DNA of 64,000 bases. Source: Allosphingosinicella sp. (GTDB taxonomy: Bacteria; Pseudomonadota; Alphaproteobacteria; Sphingomonadales; Sphingomonadaceae). The translations under genes were made by a program, and so were the position numbers. This document shows, piece after piece, positions 18,686 to 25,578 of this stretch (position 1 is its first letter; the number at the start of each line of letters is the position of its first letter). The DNA lies in the NCBI GenBank assembly GCA_036387855.1, contig DASVSZ010000030.1, positions 802-64,801 of the forward strand. Reading direction: 5' to 3'. The notes beneath the pieces were generated by a model that ran no database searches, had not been told where the DNA came from, and saw only the letters and a program-made list of their open reading frames with translations.

Positions 18686-20112
18686 GCGGCGGTGCCGCCG
18701 ACGGTCAGCCCGTCGATCAGCAAGGTGGGCTGGCCGACGCCGGCCGGAACCGACTGGCCGCCCTTGCCGCACACGCCAATGCCTTCGTCCAGCGCCATGT
18801 CGTCACCGATCGCTGCGACCTTGGTGAGCACGGTCGGGCCGTCGCCGATCAGGGTCGCGCCCTTGATCGGAGCGCCGAGCCGGCCATTCTCGATCCTGTA
18901 AGCCTCCGTGCAGCTGAACACGAACTTGCCAGAGGTGATATCGACCTGTCCGCCGCCGAAGCTCTTGGCGTAGATGCCGTTCTTGACCCGCGACAGGATC
19001 TCGCGCGGATCGTCCTTGCCGCCGAGCATGAAAGTGTTGGTCATGCGTGGCATCGGCGAATGGGCGAAGCTTTCGCGGCGGCCATTGCCGGTCGGCTCGA
19101 CCCCCATCAGCCGGGCGTTGAGCCGGTCGTGGATGTAGCCCTTGAGAATTCCATCCTCGATCAAGGTGTTGCACTGGGTGGGCGTGCCTTCGTCGTCGAT
19201 CGACAGGGAGCCGCGACGGGCGCCGAGCGAGCCATCATCGACCACGGTGACCCCGGGCGCGGCGACGCGGTCGCCGATCCGGCCCGAAAAAGCGGACGTG
19301 CCCTTGCGGTTAAAGTCGCCTTCGAGCCCGTGGCCGATCGCTTCGTGCAGCAGCACGCCGGGCCAACCGGGGCCGCACACCACGGTCATTTCGCCGGCCG
19401 GAGCCGCGACCGATTCGAGGTTGACCAGAGCCTGCGCCAGCGCCGCGTCGATCGCGCGGTTCCACACCGCCGGCTCGAAGAGGCTGTCGTACAGGTAACG
19501 GCCGCCAAGCCCGTGGTAGCCGCTCTCGCGCCGGCCATTCTGCTCGACCACGATCTGGACGTTGAGGCGGACGAGCGGGCGCACGTCGTGGGCAACGAAG
19601 CCGTCCGGCCGAACGATTTCGATCACACTCCAAGAGCCGGCCAGCGAAACGCTCACCTGTGCGATGCGCGGATCGCGGGCGCGGGCGGCGGCATCGACTT
19701 CCTGGCACAACGCCACCTTGCGGGCGAACGGGATCGCGCCCAGCGGATCGGCGTCGGTGTACAAGGTCGCGTTGGTGCGGCGGGGCGGGGCAGGGCGCTC
19801 GCCCCGAGCCGGATCGAGCACGCTCATCGTCTCGGCAGCGCGGCGGATCGCGGCGGCGCTGATGTCGTTGGCATGCGCGAAGGCTGTGGTCTCGCCCGAT
19901 ACGCCGCGCAGGCCGAACCCGGCCTGGGTGTTGAAATCAGCTGTCTTCAGCCGGCCATCGTCGAAGCCGAACGCTTCGGACGCGGTATATTGGAGATAAA
20001 GCTCGCCATCGTCGCACGTCGCCAGCGCCTCGGCGGTGAGGCGCTTGGCGGTGTCGGGGTCCAGCGCGTCGGCGCGGTAGAGGAAATTGCGGGGATCGGC
20101 GGTGATGGTCAT
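18682..20112 (-). CDS. tldD: Metalloprotease TldD
   Basis: LLHEAIGHGLEGDFNRK, PRMTNT, CGKGGQSVP. Confidence 0.95.
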   Translation of the reverse strand: MTITADPRNFLYRADALDPDTAKRLTAEALATCDDGELYLQYTASEAFGFDDGRLKTADFNTQAGFGLRGVSGETTAFAHANDISAAAIRRAAETMSVLDPARGERPAPPRRTNATLYTDADPLGAIPFARKVALCQEVDAAARARDPRIAQVSVSLAGSWSVIEIVRPDGFVAHDVRPLVRLNVQIVVEQNGRRESGYHGLGGRYLYDSLFEPAVWNRAIDAALAQALVNLESVAAPAGEMTVVCGPGWPGVLLHEAIGHGLEGDFNRKGTSAFSGRIGDRVAAPGVTVVDDGSLGARRGSLSIDDEGTPTQCNTLIEDGILKGYIHDRLNARLMGVEPTGNGRRESFAHSPMPRMTNTFMLGGKDDPREILSRVKNGIYAKSFGGGQVDITSGKFVFSCTEAYRIENGRLGAPIKGATLIGDGPTVLTKVAAIGDDMALDEGIGVCGKGGQSVPAGVGQPTLLIDGLTVGGTAA

Positions 20113-20159
20113 GGGCGGGATATAGGCGTCCATTTGCCGCCCGTCATCCCGACACCTCT

Positions 20160-20242
20160 CGTCATCCCGGCGTAGGCCGGGATCTCAGGTCGGAAATGCG
20201 GTGCGTTCTCGTCCTGGGACCCCAGCCTTCGCTGGGGTGACG
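20160..20242. repeat. REP-like doublet, family C (GTCATCCCGGCGTAGGCCGGG ... CCCCAGCCTTCGCTGGGGTGAC)
   Basis: Two inverted hairpins; relatives at 47684-47763 and 58540-58632. Confidence 0.85.
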
Positions 20243-20268
20243 ATCGAGAGTTGGACTAGAGGGAAGGC

Positions 20269-20478
20269 TCAAGCCTCGCTGCGGCCCTGATCCATCGGAC
20301 CATCGATCAGGATGAAGCGTTTGTCGCAGTAACCGCATTCGGCGAAACCCTTTTCGTCGATCTGCAGGTAAACGCGCGGGTGGCCGAGGGCGGGGCTGAT
20401 CTCGCTGGCGCCGTCGCACGCGACGCGCGGTGTTTCCACATAGGAGATTTCCGGGGTGAAAGGATCGTCGGTCACCAT
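20269..20478 (-). CDS. Zinc-finger protein (zf-CHCC, NDUFS6-like)
   Basis: VACDG, LGHPRVYL, ECGYCD. Confidence 0.9.
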   Translation of the reverse strand: MVTDDPFTPEISYVETPRVACDGASEISPALGHPRVYLQIDEKGFAECGYCDKRFILIDGPMDQGRSEA

Positions 20479-20529
20479 CGGGCGCGCATTAACGATAGGC
20501 TCGGGCGCGCGCAACGGGCTCGGCCATGT

Positions 20530-20657
20530 TCGCGCAGAGACGCAGAGGCGCAGAGATGTCGGACGGGCACGACGCGAAGCGTCTATTTAGAATGTTTTTG
20601 TCCGGCGCTGCGCGTCCGATTGGCAGGGCTTCTCCGCGTCTCTGCGTCTCTGCGCGA
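20530..20657. repeat. Inverted element built from tandem CGCAGAG(A/G) units, family F
   Basis: TCGCGCAGAGACGCAGAGGCGCAGAGA ... TCTCCGCGTCTCTGCGTCTCTGCGCGA. Confidence 0.8.
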
Positions 20658-20699
20658 TCAAACTTTCTTTCTGACGCGTCCGGGCGCTATGCGGCGGGC

Positions 20700-21629
20700 A
20701 TGACAGATGCCGCCATTTCGATCCGTGACCTGCACAAGACCTATCAAGGCGGCAAGCGCGCGCTGGACGGGGTAACGCTCGATGTTCCGCGGGGGCAGAT
20801 TTTCGGCCTGCTCGGCCCCAACGGCGCGGGCAAATCGACGATCATCAACATCCTGTCCGGCATGGTGAACAAGAGCGACGGCGAGGTCACCATCTGGGGC
20901 TTCGACATCGACAAGCATCCGCGCAACGCGAAAGCCTCGATCGGGATCGTGCCGCAGGAAATTCTGTTCGATCCGTTCTTCACGCCGCTGGAAACGCTCG
21001 ACCAGCAAGCCGGACTGTATGGAGTCCCGACCGCAAAGCGACGCAGCATGGAGCTGCTCCGCGCGGTGCGGCTGGAGGACAAGGCGGACGCATATTCCCG
21101 CACCCTCTCGGGCGGCATGAAACGGCGGCTGCTGGTCGCCAAGGCGATGGTTCACTCGCCGCCGATCCTGGTGCTGGACGAGCCCACGGCAGGAGTCGAT
21201 ATCGAGCTTCGTCAGCAATTGTGGACCTATGTGCGCGAGCTCAACCGCAATGGCGTCACCATCGTGCTGACCACCCATTATCTGGAAGAAGCCGAGGAAT
21301 TGTGCGACCGGATCGCGATCATCAATCACGGCCGGCTGATCGCCAACCAGGAAACCCGCGCGCTGGTCGGCATGGCGCAGGAAAAGGCGGTCGAGGTAAC
21401 GGTTGATCGCGACATCGACGCGGTGCCGGACGCGTCCTGCTTCGACAAGATCAGCCAGGTCGGCCCGCGCACGCTGGCGATCACCTATCGCAAGGACCGC
21501 GTGAATGCGGGCGAGGTGCTGGCGGCGCTTGGGCGGAGCGGGCTCGGCATCGTCGACGTGTCGACGCGCGAGGCCGATCTGGAAGATGTGTTCCTGAACC
21601 TGACGCGGGCCAGCGATGCGGCGGGGTGA
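20700..21629 (+). CDS. ABC transporter ATP-binding protein (YadG-like)
   Basis: GPNGAGKS, LSGGMKRR, LDEPTAGVD, TTHYLEEAE. Confidence 0.92.
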   Translation: MTDAAISIRDLHKTYQGGKRALDGVTLDVPRGQIFGLLGPNGAGKSTIINILSGMVNKSDGEVTIWGFDIDKHPRNAKASIGIVPQEILFDPFFTPLETLDQQAGLYGVPTAKRRSMELLRAVRLEDKADAYSRTLSGGMKRRLLVAKAMVHSPPILVLDEPTAGVDIELRQQLWTYVRELNRNGVTIVLTTHYLEEAEELCDRIAIINHGRLIANQETRALVGMAQEKAVEVTVDRDIDAVPDASCFDKISQVGPRTLAITYRKDRVNAGEVLAALGRSGLGIVDVSTREADLEDVFLNLTRASDAAG

Positions 21630-21638
21630 ACCGTCCGG

Positions 21639-21780
21639 CCTCCCCTCCCGGACTTCCGGGAGGGGATTGAGGGGTGGGGCGAGCCGCAGGCGAGCTTCTT
21701 CCGGCGCTGGCATAAGAGGGCTCGCGCCTGCGGCGCTCGCGCCCACCCCCTGCCCCCTCCCGGAACTCCGGGAGCGGAGG
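21639..21780. repeat. Long palindromic element related to family D
   Basis: CCTCCCCTCCCGGACTTCCGGGAGGGG ... CCCCTCCCGGAACTCCGGGAGCGGAGG. Confidence 0.8.
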
Positions 21781-21782
21781 CG

Positions 21783-23369
21783 GTGACCCACTTCGACGTC
21801 ATCATCATCGGCTCCGGCGCGGCGGGGCTCAGCGCGGCGTTGAGCCTGGCGCCGCACCTGAAAGTCGCGGTGCTCGCCAAGGGCGGCATCTCGGCGGGAT
21901 CGACCGCCTGGGCGCAGGGCGGGATCGCGGCGGTGCTGGAGCCGGGCGATTCGTTCGAGCGCCATATCGAGGACACGATCGTCGCCGGGGCGGGGCTCAA
22001 CAATCGCAAAGCGGTCGAGTTCGTGGTCGAGAACGCGCCGGCGGCGATCGAGCGGCTGGCGGCGCTGGGTGTGCCCTTCAACCCGGGCGAATCAGACCGC
22101 TGGCACCTGACCCGCGAAGGCGGCCACAGCCATCGCCGCATCGTCCATGTCGCCGACGCGACCGGCTGGGCGGTGCAGCAGGCGCTGGAGAAAGCGGCCG
22201 CGACCCGCAACAATATCCGGCTGATCCCCGACATGGTCGCGATCGACCTGATTACCGGCCGGCACACGGCCAGCGGCGACGGGGGCCGGCGCGTGTGGGG
22301 CGTGTATGCCGTCAATCGCGCGACCGGGGAGGTGGAGACCTGGACTGGGCGGGCGACGATCCTCGCCAGCGGCGGGGCGAGCCGGGCCTGGCTTTACTCG
22401 ACCAACCCGCGCGGCAGCACCGGGGACGGGATCGCGATGGCGTGGCGGGCGGGTTGCCGCGTGTCGAACATGGAATTCAACCAATTCCACCCGACCTGCC
22501 TGTACAATCCGCAGGTCAAGAATTTCCTGATCACCGAAGCGATGCGCGGGGAGGGTGGCCAGCTCCGAATCCCCGGCAGCAATCACCGCTTCATGCCGGA
22601 TTTCGATTCCCGCGAGGAGCTGGCGCCGCGCGACATCGTCGCCCGGGCGATCGATCATGAGCTGAAGCGGCTCGGGCTCGATTACGTCCATCTCGACATC
22701 AGCCACCGTGATCCCGCCTTCATCCGCGATCATTTCCCGAACATCGCCGCGCGGCTGGCCGCGCCCGATATCGGCATCGACATCACGCGCGAGCCGATCC
22801 CGGTCGTGCCGGCCGCCCATTATACCTGCGGCGGAGTCGTGGTGGACCTGGCGGCGCGCACCGATCTGCCGGGCCTGTATGCGGCCGGCGAAGTCACTCA
22901 ATCCGGCCTGCACGGCGCCAACCGGCTCGCGTCCAATTCGGTGCTGGAATGCCTGGTGTTCGGCCTCGCCGCCGCCGAGGACATCAATGCCGGCTGGAAT
23001 GATCTCGAACCGCCGCCGGCAATCCGGCCGTGGGACGAAAGCCGGGTCACGCATTCGGACGAGGAAGTGGTGGTGCACCACAATTGGCGTGAAATCCGCC
23101 GCTTCATGTGGGATTATGTCGGCATCGTCCGCACCACCAAGCGGCTCGAACGGGCGCTCAATCGGGTCAACCTGCTCGCCCAAGAGACCGAGGATTATTA
23201 CGGCAATTTCCGAGTGACGCCGGACCTGGTGGAGCTGCGCAATCTGGTGGAAGTGTCCGGCCTGATCGTCCGCTCCGCCCTGGCGCGGAAGGAAAGCCGC
23301 GGGCTTCATTATACGCTCGATTATCCGGACCTGCTGCCGGAGGCGGCGGATACGGTGCTGGTGCCGTGA
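21783..23369 (+). CDS. nadB: L-aspartate oxidase
   Basis: GSGAAG, WAQGGIA, EGGHSHRRIVH, QFHPT, GLHGANRLASNS, ESRGLHY. Confidence 0.96.
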   Translation: MTHFDVIIIGSGAAGLSAALSLAPHLKVAVLAKGGISAGSTAWAQGGIAAVLEPGDSFERHIEDTIVAGAGLNNRKAVEFVVENAPAAIERLAALGVPFNPGESDRWHLTREGGHSHRRIVHVADATGWAVQQALEKAAATRNNIRLIPDMVAIDLITGRHTASGDGGRRVWGVYAVNRATGEVETWTGRATILASGGASRAWLYSTNPRGSTGDGIAMAWRAGCRVSNMEFNQFHPTCLYNPQVKNFLITEAMRGEGGQLRIPGSNHRFMPDFDSREELAPRDIVARAIDHELKRLGLDYVHLDISHRDPAFIRDHFPNIAARLAAPDIGIDITREPIPVVPAAHYTCGGVVVDLAARTDLPGLYAAGEVTQSGLHGANRLASNSVLECLVFGLAAAEDINAGWNDLEPPPAIRPWDESRVTHSDEEVVVHHNWREIRRFMWDYVGIVRTTKRLERALNRVNLLAQETEDYYGNFRVTPDLVELRNLVEVSGLIVRSALARKESRGLHYTLDYPDLLPEAADTVLVP

Positions 23370-23386
23370 GGCGATGAACGAGGTTC

Positions 23387-23461
23387 GTGCTCCCGCGAAG
23401 GCAGGAGCCCATTCTCGGCCGGATCAACCTTGAGCCTGGGCTCCTGCTTTCGCAGGAGCAC
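23387..23461. repeat. REPIN-like doublet, family A
   Basis: GTGCTCCCGCGAAGGCAGGAG ... CTCCTGCTTTCGCAGGAGCAC. Confidence 0.9.
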
Positions 23462-23479
23462 GAAGCAAGAGCGTCTTGC

Positions 23480-24412
23480 TCAGCGCGAGAGAAACGCCTT
23501 CAACTCCGACCGAAACTTCGCCGGCTGATCGAGCATGATCATGTGGCCGCTGCCGTCCACCCGCACCAGCCGGGCGTCGCGTTTCTGGCGGTAGGCGGAT
23601 TGGTAGCTGGCCTGGAGCGCAGGGCGCTGCTCCGGGCTCGGAACCGCGTAAACGACCGTCAGCGGCGCCTGGATACGGCGCAGATCATCGGTCAGGTCGG
23701 TCACCGCCAGCTCGTGCGTGGCCCGAGCGACGACATCCGTGTCGCTGCGCCGGTCGGCCGGCTGCACGCCGACGAACATCTCCATCGCCGATTCGACCAG
23801 CCGCCGGCCACCCGGAGTTGCGGTCAGACCCTGGAGCGTATCGGCGAGCGCCCGGACGTTGGACGCGGTCGATCCGACGAAGCCGGCCGGTTGAGGAGTC
23901 ATGTCCACGACCATGGCCTTGCCGACCGCCTCCGGGTGGCGCGCGGCGACCATCAAAGCCACCGTTCCGCCCATCGAATGGCCGACCAAGGCGGGACGCT
24001 TCAGCCCCTTCGCCGCGATGTAGCCGGCAATCTCGTCCGCGACTCCGCTCACCACCCGTCCGCTGGCATTGCCGCGGACCGGCTCGCCCGCGAAGCCGGC
24101 GACCTGGACGAGGTGGTAGCGGTAGCCCGGCACGGCAGCGACCGTCGCGCTCCAGACCGAGCGGGAGGAGGCGAGGCCGGGGATCAGGATGACGTCGGGA
24201 CCGGACCCGCGCACTTCGACGGAGAATCGGGTCGGCTTGAATTGTCGTCCCTGCCGTGCGGCCTTGGGGAGGGGGGCTGTCCGAAGGACGGGGGAGGGAT
24301 GATTGGTGCCGGTTACCGGTCCACCCTGCTTCGCAGGGTCCCCCTCCCCACGAGCTGTGCTCGTTGGGAGGATGGGGAGAGCCAGCAGAGCGGCACAAAA
24401 GAGTTTCAACAT
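23480..24412 (-). CDS. Secreted alpha/beta hydrolase (paralog 1) carrying an in-frame palindromic repeat
   Basis: MLKLFCAALLAL signal-like start, ILIPGL, GHSMGG, SGHMIMLDQP. Confidence 0.88.
   Translation of the reverse strand: MLKLFCAALLALPILPTSTARGEGDPAKQGGPVTGTNHPSPVLRTAPLPKAARQGRQFKPTRFSVEVRGSGPDVILIPGLASSRSVWSATVAAVPGYRYHLVQVAGFAGEPVRGNASGRVVSGVADEIAGYIAAKGLKRPALVGHSMGGTVALMVAARHPEAVGKAMVVDMTPQPAGFVGSTASNVRALADTLQGLTATPGGRRLVESAMEMFVGVQPADRRSDTDVVARATHELAVTDLTDDLRRIQAPLTVVYAVPSPEQRPALQASYQSAYRQKRDARLVRVDGSGHMIMLDQPAKFRSELKAFLSR
24264..24373. repeat. Family D palindromic element inside a coding sequence
   Basis: GGGGAGGGGGGC-hairpin-GGGGAGGG ... TCCACC-hairpin-GGTCCCCCTCCC...GGGAGGAT aligns with the 15546-15672 element. 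Confidence 0.8.
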
Positions 24413-24495
24413 GCGCGACGAAGTAGCACCGCCGGCTTGAACGCCGCCTGACCCGGGCCCGCGCCGATCCCATGATGCTCGACCGGTCCAGCCTT

Positions 24496-24571
24496 GTGCT
24501 CCTGCGAAAGCAGGAGCCCAGCGGCGAGGCCAGCGACCAAACAAACTGGGCTCCTGCCTTCGCAGGAGCAC
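24496..24571. repeat. REPIN-like doublet, family A
   Basis: GTGCTCCTGCGAAAGCAGGAGCCCAG ... CTGGGCTCCTGCCTTCGCAGGAGCAC. Confidence 0.92.
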
Positions 24572-24586
24572 GGCGATCGCAAGCCC

Positions 24587-25510
24587 CTACTCGAGCAAGT
24601 CCTTAAGTTCCTTCCGGAACCGCTCGGGCGCGTCCAGCATGATGAAGTGGGCGCTGTCGGGCACGCGGACCAACTTGGCATTCTTCAAATTGGCGTAGGA
24701 TGCCTTGTAATAGCCGTCCATTTGCGCGTCGCTGATCGGGGCGCCTTTTGGCGTGACGTAGAGCACCGTCGTCGGCGCGGCGATCCCTTCGAGATCGGGG
24801 CGCAGGTCGGTGACGATCAGCTGGTGATAGGCGCGGCCGACCAGACCTGGATCGCTGGCCACCGAATCCGCGAGGATCGCCGGGCGCTCGGCATCGACGT
24901 TCGTCATACCGCCGACCATCGCCGTCATGAACGCCTTGCGCTGATCGGGCGTTTGCGCGGCCGACTGCTTCATCATCGCGTCGGCGATCGGGCGGACCTG
25001 CTCGGCGGTCGCGCCCGGTGGGCCGAACATCGCGCCCAGGAACGGCATCATGTCGACGATCATCAGCTTGCCGACGGAATCGGGATGGTGCGAGGCCAGG
25101 ATCATGCCGATCGAGCCGCCCATCGAGTGGCCGACCACCGCCGGACGGGTTAGCTTGTTGTCGCGGATATATTCGTGGATCGCGTGGGCGAGCGGCTCGA
25201 GCACCGGGCCGGTCGCATTGGCGCCGACCGGCTTGCCCGCGAACCCGGCGACGTGGACGAGATGGTAGCGGTAACCCGGCACGGCCGCGACCGTCGATTC
25301 CCAGATCCGGGGCTGCGATGTAAGGCCGGGAATCAGGACGACATCTGGTCCCTCGCCCGTGACGGTCACCGCGATCCGGCCGGCCGGGTCATGGTCCCCG
25401 TCTCCGGCATGGCTGTCGTGACCGGCGCCGTGTTGCGCCGCTCCTGGCGCGGCGGCGAGCCCAGTCCAGCCGATCGCCAACAAGACGGCCAGGACGTAAC
25501 GACGCAACAA
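24587..25510 (-). CDS. Secreted alpha/beta hydrolase (paralog 2)
   Basis: Signal peptide, His-rich linker, VLIPGL, GHSMGG, SAHFIMLD. Confidence 0.88.
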   Translation of the reverse strand: MLRRYVLAVLLAIGWTGLAAAPGAAQHGAGHDSHAGDGDHDPAGRIAVTVTGEGPDVVLIPGLTSQPRIWESTVAAVPGYRYHLVHVAGFAGKPVGANATGPVLEPLAHAIHEYIRDNKLTRPAVVGHSMGGSIGMILASHHPDSVGKLMIVDMMPFLGAMFGPPGATAEQVRPIADAMMKQSAAQTPDQRKAFMTAMVGGMTNVDAERPAILADSVASDPGLVGRAYHQLIVTDLRPDLEGIAAPTTVLYVTPKGAPISDAQMDGYYKASYANLKNAKLVRVPDSAHFIMLDAPERFRKELKDLLE

Positions 25511-25578
25511 TGCCTGTCTCCCCCAGAATCGCGCGCACTTGGTAGCGTGCAGGACCCGCCCGCGCTAGATGATGGCGG

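Noticed and set aside
20526-20699. ABC ATPase starting at ATG 20526 and translating the family F repeat
   Set aside because: No SD, and the ATPase domain starts naturally at MTDAAISI (20700); the open frame is plausibly chance
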